Below are positions 40,201 through 47,232 of a stretch of 51,430 nt of DNA, one piece after another. The stretch is from IMG/VR virus record IMGVR_UViG_3300030333_002795, positions 1-51,430 of that record; one strand, 5' to 3'. The notes beneath the pieces were generated by a model. It saw only the letters and a list, made by a program, of their open reading frames with translations, had not been told where the DNA came from and did no database searches. The stretch comes from a virus (Duplodnaviria > Caudoviricetes). Position 1 is the stretch's first letter. Each line of letters begins with the position of its first letter. The position numbers and the translations under genes are program-made.

Positions 40201-43200
40201 TATTGTTTGCAAATACGATTGTTGAGCCGAGCGCAGCGTGTCAACTACTTTTAGAACTTGTCGTCTAGTAGCAAGCGGAATATCTCTAGACAAAGCAAGA
40301 GCCATCGGAGAACTAAGTTTTACTACCTGTTTATTAAGCAGTGGTACAGTTGGTGCAAACCTAGGAGTTCGCCTCATTTTAGAAGCAATCTGTGTAACGC
40401 CAGAAACATCCATTTCAGCCGTCAAGTCTTTAATGTTGACGTAAAGTGTTCCATCTGAACTTTCTTTAACTGGCAACCCTGCGTCTTTCCACTCTTCAAA
40501 TACCAACTCTAACTCGTCAGAGAACGTGCCTGTGTTGTCTTGTCTGTTTGACCACAAAACTGCTTGCAGTTGCCATGGTGTCCAAGGCGTTGTTACAAGG
40601 TCTTTCTCAGAATCTGACATGCCCCGCTTGTCTACATTACTCATTGATTTGTTAACCATGCTGGCTAATTCAACATGAAATCTCGAAACCATTTCGTACA
40701 CTAACGGATTAGAGTATGACTCTGCCTTCATCCCATAAATGCCAGCCATAATTACATCGTTGGTTGACATTGGAACTTTTGACTCTAAACCCATTGTCAA
40801 CAAGAATGTGTCGGCAAATGATCCAGTCTTAAATCTAGAGCCTTCGTCTACTTTGCCTTCAAAAGCCTTTTGGATGCCAACCATTTTAGATTGACCTATA
40901 GCAACGGCCGAAGGTACGCCTAATTTGTAATCAATAAATACTGAAACTGCTTGACGCAAGTTGTCTGGAACTTTAGTCCTTGGAGATGTTGCACTAATTA
41001 GGTTGGCAAACAATACAGCGTCTTCTTCGGTAGCACCTCTAAACCTGTTTCTAAAATCATTGCCTAATGTTTCATACCAAAACCTAACAGACGATGGCAT
41101 GTTAAGCGAGTCGTTTAAGAACGATGCGTTAAGATTTAGACTGTCTGCATTCGACAAATCTAAGGCACGGTTAAACCTTGAGTCGCCCATTGCTTTTTGA
41201 GTGTTTTTAACTGCAAGGTCTATGTCTGCTTGAGTAAATTCAGGATATGCCACTGTTGATGGGGCTTCGTCTGACAACTTGTTATAAGAGCGACCTTTAG
41301 TTGATTTTGCTATTTTGCCTGGCTTGTATGGTAACTCTACTCCCCCCGAAAGTTCCTCTTGTGTAAATTGTGAACGTATGTCTTCTGTGTCTACATTAGA
41401 CAACACCTTCTTGTATCGTGAGTCTTTTTTGCCCCGCTCACCTGTGTCTTTGCGACTATCAAGTGCATCTAATCTTGATCTCATTGCTTGTGTTATTTCA
41501 TCGCCTAAACTAAACCCTCTGTCTGCAAATAACTCTTCTACAACATCAAAAAATTCTGTAGGATTAATACCCTCTAAACGCTCTAACATAGATGAAAAGT
41601 CTTCTGGACCTTCAGCATATGGCATAAAAATGCTAGGTCCGTGCTCATCAATTTCTTGATAATACGTTACTGTAGCAAGAGCTTCTTTTGTAGTAAATTC
41701 GTTTTCTAAAACATACGTTCTAGCGTCATTTACTAAAACGTCAAGATCCTCTTGATCCTGTGCGTAATCAGTTAATTCAAAGTAATCTTTTGCTAACTGT
41801 TCGTCAAATTCAGGTCTGCTGTCTGGCAACCCAAGTTGTTCTCTTCGTGAGTCTAGCGACTTGCCTTTTTTAACACCTTCAATTCGCTGCCGTTTTACTC
41901 TTTCGTATGCAGGAGTGCCCTTCTTAACTTTAACCGTCTTCCCTTTTACAAAAGTTGAAGACATTGCAAGACTTGCAGTATCAGCCTTAGATTTTACAAG
42001 TGCGTCATAAAGTGCGACTGCTGCCCTAGCGTTGCGACCTCCAAGACCTAATCTTGAGACAGTTCTCATAAATGAAGACTGTGTCATTGCAACGCCTTTT
42101 TCGACAGCAACAGCCATGCCTTCTAACTCAGCCCATATCAACACATCTTTCTTTTGTTCATTTGTTAATTCGACTTCTTTGCCAGCAGCATCTGTAAACA
42201 CGAAGTTTTCTGTTGTGCCACCTTGCTGTATATGCTGTGCAAACTGAACTAGAATCGCATCCTTGCCAGTAAGTGTGCCATCTTTTGCACCTCTTAATGC
42301 ATACTCAGCGGCTGAGAACAATATCTCCGCATCTCCGACAATGTCCTTTAATTCAGCGTAAACATCTGGATTAGTAAACTGAATAAAGTGTGTGGCTTCA
42401 TGCATGCCTGTTGCAACTAAATATGTGCTACTCGCATCTCCGTCAGCTTCAAGATAAATTATGCCTGGCGTTAGGGGATCATAGAAACCGTCTGGATTAT
42501 TTTCAGAACTCTCATACCAAACAACTTGTAAGCCTAAAGCATTTAGTGCTTTCTCTGCACTGCTCTGTGCTTCATTACGATTGCCTGCTGGGGTTAAATC
42601 TTCATCAACACCTTTGTTCTTAAGAGCAACATCGTAAGTATATGACTTTTGTTCAATCTCAACTCCACCTTCAGTTTCTGACCTAATTTCAACAGCCATG
42701 TCTGAAGCCAAACTAAGTTGTATTTCAAGATTGTTAAGTTGAAGTTTAACTTCTGCTGCTTTAGCAGTAAGTATATCTGCACCCTTGTCATCACCGTTAG
42801 ATTTTGCTGTTCTTGCATCTACAATTAAAGAGTGATATTTATACTGAGTTGCAGCATATTCAGATTGCCATTTGGCTATTGCCTCTTGTCTCTCAACATC
42901 CGACATTTTTTCAATTGATGCCGCAAGTTCAGGTGCGTGTTCTTTAAGGGCTTTAATCGGGTCGTATGTCGCCTCTTTCCAAATACCCTTTCCTCGTATA
43001 GCACGTTCAAAGTCGACCTGCGACAACTTCGATGAAGCCGCACCAACAGCCATACCAGGACCACCAAGGAAGATGCCCAAAGTAGCACCTTTAATACCCG
43101 CATCAATTAAGTCGGCCTCTCTTTCAGGATCTAGTTCTTTAATAGCAGCAGTTTGGAAATACTCAGCACCGATTTCTGAAACAGCTTCGCCAGATAAATC

Positions 43201-44676
43201 TGCACCAACAGCAAGAGGTATTCTCTTTGCTGCTAGTTTAAACTTTTGCGTTAATGCTGCTTTAGTAGCACTTTTAAGGGGCTCTTTAACACCTGTCTTA
43301 AACAGAGGCGCAGCAACCCACTTACCAAGTCCAAACGAGAAAACGTTTCCTACACCTTCCGATATTGACTCTGCAACACCGTACTGTCTAGATATTCTGT
43401 TTCGCACTTCGTCAGATATTTTGTAAGGCATGAAATTGCCTTCTGATTGAAGTAGAAGATTTTGCTCTAATTCAATTAGGTCTATTTCAGCGTCACCACT
43501 AGCAGCACCGTATAAAAAACCACCGCCTAAACCGCCAGCAACAAAAGCAGTTAAGGGCATGCCTGGTAAAGCAACGGCAGAGCCAATGCCTACGAGGGTA
43601 GCAGGAAGAGAGCCTCCTACCATTAGACCTGTTTCTTCCCACCATCCCTCTGGCTTCTGCTCTGAGAGAATGCCTGATACATAGCCACTAGTCTCAGCAG
43701 CAAGAAGGTCTAGTTTTTCTAAAGCCTCTTTGTCTGAATCGCTACCAAAGGCATCGTTAAAATACAAATACAAACCTCTAAACTTATCGTCTTTAACTAC
43801 ATCACTTGCCACAGACATTTGGGCAGATTTAAACCCCTGACCTAAACGATTCCAAAAGCCTGTTTTTTCTGCGAACTCTTTAGCAGTAGTGGCTCTTGCG
43901 TCTTCATAAGCCCTCATTCGCTCTTCAAACGTCTCGTCATTTGGGAAATACCAATCTGATGAAAAATCAGCAGGAGTCACATCAGGGTCAAATGGGTCTA
44001 AGTTACGGTCTTCTCTTGGTATGTTTCTGCGTCTCTGTGAGTCACGGTCGTGCTCCCAACTCTTAAATGGCTGATCCCATTCTTCTTTGGTCAAACCAGT
44101 TACAGAGCCTGTTTCAGGATTAATCTCCTGTGGTTCAATTGCCTCGTCTGAGACCTTTACTGAAAACTCCCTGTTACCTTTTCTGACTATCTGATATCCA
44201 GCCTCATTCTCACCTCGAACCATTTCCTCGTAAGTTTCGTGCCCAGGTGCTTTAAGCAGCATGCCTTCGTTTTGCCCTCGTGGAACTCTAGACGAAAAAT
44301 GCTTTGATTCTTTGTCATACAGCAACGCCCCAGTTTCTTCCATTGCATCTGCTGCGGATTCATAATCATAATCTGGTTTTGCTTTTGGAGCAGGTCGTCC
44401 TCCGAGCCGAGTCAAATCTTCAACTGTAGACAGAGGTGTTGGAGTTAGACCGCTAACAATGTCCGAAGACTTATATGCTTCGGCTTCTTGACGTGCTATA
44501 CCTATAGCATCTACCAAGTTAGCCCGATATTCTTCTATTTGCTTTGCTAACTCTTCCTCTTTAGCATTAGCAGCAGCCTCTTGCTCTTGGGCAAGTTTCT
44601 CGTATTTAGCCTTAAGTGCCTCTATTCGTTCGTCTATAGAGCCAGAAGTTAAATCAATGTCGGTAGGTGAAGCCAT
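28288..44676 (-). CDS. Giant (5462 aa) polyvalent DNA-ejection/internal virion protein, module 2
   Basis: Single 16.4-kb ORF. N-terminal Gly-rich hydrophobic segments, HExxH motif (MHEATH, 42388..42402), several cargo domains and a helical C-terminal region. Last gene of the tail module. Confidence 0.88.
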   Translation of the reverse strand: MASPTDIDLTSGSIDERIEALKAKYEKLAQEQEAAANAKEEELAKQIEEYRANLVDAIGIARQEAEAYKSSDIVSGLTPTPLSTVEDLTRLGGRPAPKAKPDYDYESAADAMEETGALLYDKESKHFSSRVPRGQNEGMLLKAPGHETYEEMVRGENEAGYQIVRKGNREFSVKVSDEAIEPQEINPETGSVTGLTKEEWDQPFKSWEHDRDSQRRRNIPREDRNLDPFDPDVTPADFSSDWYFPNDETFEERMRAYEDARATTAKEFAEKTGFWNRLGQGFKSAQMSVASDVVKDDKFRGLYLYFNDAFGSDSDKEALEKLDLLAAETSGYVSGILSEQKPEGWWEETGLMVGGSLPATLVGIGSAVALPGMPLTAFVAGGLGGGFLYGAASGDAEIDLIELEQNLLLQSEGNFMPYKISDEVRNRISRQYGVAESISEGVGNVFSFGLGKWVAAPLFKTGVKEPLKSATKAALTQKFKLAAKRIPLAVGADLSGEAVSEIGAEYFQTAAIKELDPEREADLIDAGIKGATLGIFLGGPGMAVGAASSKLSQVDFERAIRGKGIWKEATYDPIKALKEHAPELAASIEKMSDVERQEAIAKWQSEYAATQYKYHSLIVDARTAKSNGDDKGADILTAKAAEVKLQLNNLEIQLSLASDMAVEIRSETEGGVEIEQKSYTYDVALKNKGVDEDLTPAGNRNEAQSSAEKALNALGLQVVWYESSENNPDGFYDPLTPGIIYLEADGDASSTYLVATGMHEATHFIQFTNPDVYAELKDIVGDAEILFSAAEYALRGAKDGTLTGKDAILVQFAQHIQQGGTTENFVFTDAAGKEVELTNEQKKDVLIWAELEGMAVAVEKGVAMTQSSFMRTVSRLGLGGRNARAAVALYDALVKSKADTASLAMSSTFVKGKTVKVKKGTPAYERVKRQRIEGVKKGKSLDSRREQLGLPDSRPEFDEQLAKDYFELTDYAQDQEDLDVLVNDARTYVLENEFTTKEALATVTYYQEIDEHGPSIFMPYAEGPEDFSSMLERLEGINPTEFFDVVEELFADRGFSLGDEITQAMRSRLDALDSRKDTGERGKKDSRYKKVLSNVDTEDIRSQFTQEELSGGVELPYKPGKIAKSTKGRSYNKLSDEAPSTVAYPEFTQADIDLAVKNTQKAMGDSRFNRALDLSNADSLNLNASFLNDSLNMPSSVRFWYETLGNDFRNRFRGATEEDAVLFANLISATSPRTKVPDNLRQAVSVFIDYKLGVPSAVAIGQSKMVGIQKAFEGKVDEGSRFKTGSFADTFLLTMGLESKVPMSTNDVIMAGIYGMKAESYSNPLVYEMVSRFHVELASMVNKSMSNVDKRGMSDSEKDLVTTPWTPWQLQAVLWSNRQDNTGTFSDELELVFEEWKDAGLPVKESSDGTLYVNIKDLTAEMDVSGVTQIASKMRRTPRFAPTVPLLNKQVVKLSSPMALALSRDIPLATRRQVLKVVDTLRSAQQSYLQTIMSKQTYPTNKNILRELFGLEMVETGPKRNTTQSHYVFDKSLAIIANKTFNATASVKEILAGDVMGISRYGKSAKREDAIHGMFSTNGGIIQPTTTMFLGNLSKEEQNDVLVYAASMIGLDNAQLVHEVPVGQGTASIELFFPTQELRLSDISVIAEEAGKHNLNIQSKPLATGTSITIIPTSSDGITDSAITTIHRALGELKLKPLIKDQDLQITNVSNANEKAKSLRNKKVKEDAKKSSKWYAQDLTQKGRDVVDKIAPTKPKREQLLRTPSKFVSEIRKLSEAEQGRLALSLAKSTGWQLYNYAQINEDNKATAAAVMSNRLSKVEDMKIEGMPSSKWAQTNVLESRKLNRDEYKVRDVDLVLDGNLFSKIVPVLKEATQKKMTAKELLKYLEKNAVSKEEVFWSGLQEFLNNQGDGAFEVDLAINAVQNVRVAERNIPPSEHEYMNPRTGAASVSPKYLNYPAKPTSDIGHLQWVMQWVKEGAYNPQTGAGHFERSHFRSQGANQLAHGRDFVIPHPLNPQETAYAIWEWQSDWAKIIGREGPVKFSETQSYEDAFREYAEHVSDYNNWLKDLSDTELKEIVDFGLASKTLGGSLDFINYNTILLEKVSFLPGLPNIGPITLGQSVQPLNSVTPAGWVEPWKHKSPAWSDYLLVEQTLHHILSNLNYRPDDLMSQSHINYFDAIKEYYNHAIKPENIDKVVDAIEASAFEHMALYGTWNDLPILNAFSQEHRVNVVPGKAFSTEVRDALKSFLQNPNLIPRTPYIKRQEEMSFDTLMNRIQTKPRAETTSLRKKFVHDRGRNNWELLTINQGEIENGMRYMTAFGPLTEDASNLKLISSLTDSEVQEDNYVNVGTGVLSILAGFKSRISNTKTDPNRLAWVFYRTLIEAKDADADYESVTLEQLAESQTRSRQGEAYESLLARLQTEPQFYQERIDSVLAELQNQIDEHPQLDEAIANGEVTAVTPNYESLANDLRLHFENLDPSMWRSISPTDEELLEFANILFNWETYYFNELLDPVYTPTGHTTDVPYAAAEFFNATFDNQGDAELYKKLVGIQEELASYYPVASTNYTINLGEARNNTTENVEMTSVYDPETQLYVTPIGEFVQIPTEEEVQQWYDTTEYELRQSQDITDILSVSDLLFSAEGAPPLTLQDLLSFKGLEISLGGGNLLLTDGKGRVSADKNDTSNLIVQSFPSELPSNIYVIKPFNAPFTKNPYALFSSAHDMMMARLDDADRARLVYGAKPDVADFSNVDSEESDIAEKETGLTLAEKLLVAQIGLAHATDKSSTLYKDYKAAQEQPLDYLAALIKETVNMVDDEASSSVNAYDPDDYDAPLTVWEEVQEGLHPNMELDNFNVTNERGMNLDANVTYQILPIIEEMVNTAAGWQTNVAVYEPRREHFSTQGLVGGPFVTKPTGKQSDEWIGLVAKQRLIHAINNDQTMLLFPDTELMNQYQNIGNSSVYKTIEKVYTNIAKKLDPSVLVDGKIPKIRMDSPSLTLEVVDVSDSMTEMTLSDVLEKSVLSVLMLTDAFELRDTVNKLLKEGKALSSLTLPRDDVNVFRNTLKSLQLENYSQEEMLQAWWTMFDNAADVVDTSYEDADMVSKEGLREVRKAIKKLLKKQGNRDVLDDSVISFFGDAWRNPAQQQWLSNADPSQYELEEGDRDNLNITSAILDKALRRHNWSDFVKQEIMNTWSLRKLSYQWGELNLAEHGDDPFSFDDVQRYLRDVAEAMADLMHPLDKLDYVLKSNLNELYLTNNVLQYISALAPNPSDLQNTKVSVSSLVDYNYTDEGITRSGMLLQQSGYNIFKTLSKNKPEGLHALIVNPRPHIDINDGMAVEHWNEEIFGQFERDVTDTHRVGVNEMNRHFRILREAFGDFETHSLGDINSIAAKAEAANESLHSSENKQFMLGLTITQKMIDGMTKGVPLWNKNALESRKSVVQDMQELQVKLMIVGDTAYEQEKEEGGTPGYAQAAQAVRVITGILENFPHDDFLLNNSVGAYRAYFEEVLIPHFKDVVMAYGDLAFELEQTKRELGGTKIQGPTGEQTVIPDQPTDDIKPTNYDLVTDLLDELLPGGNKMTVSESLLRLAKAVHQLGENLYLQDFTRAEGIFDALTDSWNESYLFSGVDTNLPDTKAVFEKLLDSIINEPIEAEVLLEDISTALILSADHGLENIENIKIVVERPDGRLNNWWVDVYNADYVEGEPVASYGPYDNEMMATRARQKLVLHKATNSLRNSIKKNETNNKVWSGYGLLTAFVESEHTMHGMLRGEGLSFHKGFKDVNRKVWGALQSYADTPINDVMKRSSSAEWLTSQMINPIMAAWGSPFTPEAFKDTSYAEVSEADADYYFSVQDRSEGQDALYGGAFSNMPGPNYASKHNPRVYVDDLSHPQKIAMLRWGGFPLKGTGAKPESEVMPSIEEAQTPVVTKRAFTNTVRKKKGWGTRGKVPLAAIQEAVGNRSDEGLQESISKLIHKTVVGNGDRYDLTKGNKCLYILKYKDPLKGMHKDEIIGFAVRQRPNNTKSNAKIYFTSPTGNKVVKTLEGLDLNNPGSKNGVDAWIANETKSFMFPLIREAAKKRTLAEIFEEDMNTLESRKRTDGSKRKIAVTKTQEYLLELLVESDAYVMPSISVFDKQEFAIRESYDYFGDIALVWDPQVVKDELGNNFYDRDMFSPRIPDDWHSRHWTESANSEALLKEMIRQADVDAEGRPLLRGAEAPYNYPMASADFYALTSVFSNRIYDMQQLEDVVAKQTEPDSMGLPRDWSRHEPIQRVNGLIGLYLENDPMQKDRWVNTERADIYRLLDERNLREKHAEGILDSIVKWGLSNEPPRGVSVFDHLNTPSVRESFVETVGEEGFDTAPLYEILDVLAKESARPQPYTEAKPIKAFPFGEGGLMAAVVPYETSPDLIKKLESKGVLVRQYQKGDDISLRFALDELEDSVLFSRKELPANQSVIENSKLVSYFGVSDQEGLVRFPTDRPYTRMLGVLDSRKPSNRELQEAKREARELEKARGRERLAKLREQLENRIERLKLAAANREEVREQAIKLVNALPQRLRGRLATRLARAKTLHRLQEIAELVVRIASENEYRESVRAMRKQAKRLRKMKMSHDTRTKELEPLLNVAETTAYQPGTKRMFKQNVLSVTDLVTKARVIAEAMNEAKSLVKLAKEDWRTARGERAERLASTSSKIILALSKMKPRPGDEFKDRPSRIGSTWFGSKQTLTLISDLMSKAESPDDVNEVAEVLHHALCDAESAAMLGLKETFTLLENLAKDAGYKDLDNLVDATGISGISVSTEVFNVVLGGSEIEITLDQLMKLYAFDQETIDRVVDEVNSMGEVVREGVGLKLHDGRMAESIKGVTREEVSRALSKLPASLRNFIDSAKEYRETVLRPQAFASFYYIHGYEPKFVEGYEPRSRQVSVQTKEMNLELSAMTKNFLDMAGFTKERTEGGGEVILGGFVEDFINNADASLKLTHMAIPVRDAVAIIEHPDVREAINKHLGAEFQKALSNRIMHGSGMTRRITKGGLGETVSGSLGSAYLTLNPGTYGRVLFGGLANLTIELPISQVLIGMLSLQDMQTIIEEAHQNGYLWARANSGAMRRQLQSEEQRGTKIADKDKFVKSMEQMLKTLALISKATSEGNMAETMRLGKEAWRILQSAPDNVHALQYFDNIVATVAYVACKSKLERMGVSGRKLIEMAGKETERVIRTTQNTSSALDATVTDANDASTGTRTRLWFPFSSDPATTGNTIWRAIRYGNAKQKARKLSGAINSVVIGGAGWSLGWGTMMSLVARMFADDEPDVEGSIEEQMQYFVEEAQKISTEEAAKWKLLEESLSKLGYPGIAISWLLSIGRGYEVGLPQLWADPTEDSFRQIARLYSETEKEEVDPDVIFDALQRLTETGRQVVGDPTVAPQRLGRKISGLANPQLEETEKAVRKIRRLRELTEEETWAWETIRDYYKSIEED

Positions 44677-46217
44677 TATTTATCCAATTCCCTTAAGTGT
44701 TTGTCAAGAATTTCCATAATAGAAATTTTAAGTTCCTCAAGTTTTGTTGCGTCACCGCCTCTTAACTCTTCTAGTCCATCTAATATAGTTTTAATGTCTT
44801 CTAGTGGATTTTTAGACTTTTCTAACATCTGTTGAATTTCTAAAACTTTTTGTTCATTAGATAGAGTAGTGCTTTGAAGATCTGCCCTAACGGTGTCCAT
44901 ATTCAAAGCTCTTTCCTCAGCAGCTGTTCTCGCTATTGCTTCACCTGCTGTTTTTCTTTCGACATCAACAGCAGTGTCAGGCGTAATACCGCCTTGGTCT
45001 GCATATGGTGCTACACTCAATATGTGCTTGCCATCTGGGCTAGTAGACATAGTTACCTTTTGAGTTTCGTCTTCTTGTGTAGTAGGGTCATCTTCAACTA
45101 CAGTATGTTCTTGACCTTCAGTTGCAACTTGTAAATTCTTGTTGCCAACATGCTCTTTAAACGCCTGTTGAATTGCCACCATGTCTAACTCAATAGGTGC
45201 TTGCCATCCAAACTGAGAAGAAAGCCACTGTAAGTGTTGCATTACATTTGCTGCGTTTGCCTCCCATGAGTTGTCTGAATCTCTGTCTGTAATAGACATT
45301 TGAACAGGAGATTGGCCAACTTGCGGAACACCTAACTCTAGTAATTGAAGCCAGGTTTTGTAACACTCTTTAGCCATGTAGGGGTTGCCTAGAGCCACTC
45401 CTGGAGACAAACTCATGTCCATGCCCTGATGTGGTTTAAACGATGCTGCTCTTGATGCCAAGTCAGCATGAGCCATCAAATGTCTTTTTGCGTTTGAATG
45501 AACTCTGTTATCAGCGTTAGGGTCTGTGCTTAACTGACTTTCATAAAACTCTAGTTGCTTTTTGTAATGCGTTGACCATGAGTCTATTGTTTGCTGTGCA
45601 ACTTGGGCAGAACGTTGGTAGGCGTTGTCATTTCCAATTTTCCATTTAATTTGGGCAGCACGTTCTGAATCTCTGTCTTCGAGTCTCTGCAAGTCATACA
45701 TCATTTTTAATGTATTAATAGGGTCTTTCTGATAAGCGTCTTTTAATGCCGCTGAAAACATTGGGTTTGAACCATCATCTAGATTTTGCAAGCCATATTC
45801 AAACGCACCTTGGTTTTCGGTAATAGCATCAGTAAGTTCTTGTTGTTCTTTTTCATACTGCCTTACCTTGGCATTGTTTTCTTCTTGTGCCTGCTTAATA
45901 GCCATCCACTTTTCATCTGTAACAGTAAGAAACTGCATACGACCTTGGTCGTCTTCAGTCATAATTACAGGCTCATTGTGCCTACCTGTGCCAAGTCTCC
46001 ACTGACCAATACCTGCTGGGTCGCCAGTATTTAAAGACTCTACCTTTTCAGCCATAGTCCTAGGATATCTACCCCAATCAATAGCCACCTCACTTTTTGT
46101 TGTTGGTGGGTCTGTTGTTGGTAGGGCAGCATCCTGATTAAGATTTTCAGTTTGATCTACGACTTCTGTTTCAGAGCCAGAACTTAAACCATTTTGTATA
46201 TCGTTTGCTAATGTCAT
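44676..46217 (-). CDS. Putative ejection/internal virion protein, module 2 (513 aa)
   Basis: DPAGIGQWRLG....EPVIMTEDDQG...TDEKWMAIK aligns with NPVGLEHMTLG....EPIVIYLDDFG...TTAQWMGMK of 1960..3729. Confidence 0.7.
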   Translation of the reverse strand: MTLANDIQNGLSSGSETEVVDQTENLNQDAALPTTDPPTTKSEVAIDWGRYPRTMAEKVESLNTGDPAGIGQWRLGTGRHNEPVIMTEDDQGRMQFLTVTDEKWMAIKQAQEENNAKVRQYEKEQQELTDAITENQGAFEYGLQNLDDGSNPMFSAALKDAYQKDPINTLKMMYDLQRLEDRDSERAAQIKWKIGNDNAYQRSAQVAQQTIDSWSTHYKKQLEFYESQLSTDPNADNRVHSNAKRHLMAHADLASRAASFKPHQGMDMSLSPGVALGNPYMAKECYKTWLQLLELGVPQVGQSPVQMSITDRDSDNSWEANAANVMQHLQWLSSQFGWQAPIELDMVAIQQAFKEHVGNKNLQVATEGQEHTVVEDDPTTQEDETQKVTMSTSPDGKHILSVAPYADQGGITPDTAVDVERKTAGEAIARTAAEERALNMDTVRADLQSTTLSNEQKVLEIQQMLEKSKNPLEDIKTILDGLEELRGGDATKLEELKISIMEILDKHLRELDK

Positions 46218-46558
46218 CCTTGCCGCCTTGTTGGGTTGTTGAAGCCAAAGAACGAACTAATTATGTGTTTCACTGTGCCTGGAACGTCTTCTTTAATGTC
46301 GTAGTTCTTCATAAACTCTTGATCACGAATCGCTTCCATAGTTTTAATATCGTCTTTTCTCATAGCTTCTTGCATCTTACGGTCGTGAAGTGCGTCTAGG
46401 CCACCAGAAAAAGTGTTCCCTGTAATGCCCTCAAGCCCACTTTTAATACCAGACAAAATGCCAGACATCATCTGACTACTACCACCTTTTGCTGACATCC
46501 TGCCTGCAAATGTTTTAGGTTGCTCTATGTTTGCTAATTCTTCGCTTCTATCAATCAT
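46214..46558 (-). CDS. Hypothetical small virion/ejection protein, module 2
   Basis: Start set at ATG 46558 (RBS AGAGG, follows the upstream stop). Contains amphipathic Gly-rich helices. Confidence 0.6.
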   Translation of the reverse strand: MIDRSEELANIEQPKTFAGRMSAKGGSSQMMSGILSGIKSGLEGITGNTFSGGLDALHDRKMQEAMRKDDIKTMEAIRDQEFMKNYDIKEDVPGTVKHIISSFFGFNNPTRRQG

Positions 46559-46559
46559 T

Positions 46560-46706
46560 TTAACCTCTGTCGCAGTCCCCACATCTGAGGAAAGACTTTA
46601 CTCGTGAACTCATTGCAATGCCTGCACAGAATGACACTGATGCAATAAGTGCTGTCCACCAAATTGTTCCAAAAAATCCACTAACTGATGCTAATAAGTA
46701 ACCCAT
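46560..46706 (-). CDS. 48-aa single-TM membrane protein, module 2
   Basis: MGYLLASVSGFFGTIWWTALIASVSFCAGIAMSSRVKSFLRCGDCDRG. Paralog of 4151..4279. Confidence 0.8.
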   Translation of the reverse strand: MGYLLASVSGFFGTIWWTALIASVSFCAGIAMSSRVKSFLRCGDCDRG

Positions 46707-47190
46707 ATCAATAACCTCGTTTCCTTAGTTTTTTTCTTGCTGCTTCATATGCATGATCACCACCCCTGCGAGCAGCAACTGCTTCGGATGGTGTTACTTT
46801 ATTTGTGTTTACCTTAAAGTCTAACTCTGCTGAACGCATAGCACTCTTTGGTATAAACAATCCCATAGCCCAGAAAATACGCTTAATTAAATGCCCCACA
46901 CCTAGATGCCACACTAAAAATGTAACACCTAATATTGACGCAGCAATAAATGCCCTGTCAATTAAATTTGCCCACCAAGGAGTAGCATCCCTAACTTTGG
47001 GCAAAGTCATTTGAATATCAGATGCAAGTTCTACAATCTCTTCTTGCTTGTCCATAGCAGACAAAGCCTCACCTTCAATCACCGAGAAGTCATTCGCTTC
47101 CAAAATGACCTCAAGGTGACCAATGGTGTCCGATGCGTTACTGCGAATCACTTCGCTGTTAGCACCTATTCTTTCCACTTGTGAGCATCC
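46645..47190. repeat. Near-identical direct repeat, copy 2
   Basis: See copy 1. Same orientation, offset about 42,427 bp. Confidence 0.9.
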
Positions 47191-47232
47191 ACCCACTAAG
47201 AGGAATAAAGAAAAGAAAAGAGACCTATTCAC
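46708..47232 (-). CDS. Lipoprotein with C-terminal TM, candidate unimolecular spanin, module 2
   Basis: LLVGG-C lipobox. Only 7 substitutions versus 4281..4805 downstream of the Cys. Confidence 0.6.
   Translation of the reverse strand: MNRSLFFSLFLLVGGCSQVERIGANSEVIRSNASDTIGHLEVILEANDFSVIEGEALSAMDKQEEIVELASDIQMTLPKVRDATPWWANLIDRAFIAASILGVTFLVWHLGVGHLIKRIFWAMGLFIPKSAMRSAELDFKVNTNKVTPSEAVAARRGGDHAYEAARKKLRKRGY

Noticed and set aside
28288-44676. Virion RNA polymerase (N4/crAss-like) or intein-containing giant protein
   Set aside because: No DxDGD-type or T7-like polymerase motifs and no intein terminal motifs were recognised. A divergent version cannot be excluded without profile searches.
28575-46399. 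Numerous 60-184 aa plus-strand ORFs opposite the giant gene and its neighbours
   Set aside because: Antisense shadows with no motifs or RBS. The same applies to plus-strand ORFs in 2-19 kb and minus-strand ORFs in 20-26 kb.
4221-47190. Invertible tail cassette (Gin/Cin-like)
   Set aside because: The shared sequences are direct rather than inverted, both modules are on the same strand, and no serine invertase was seen.
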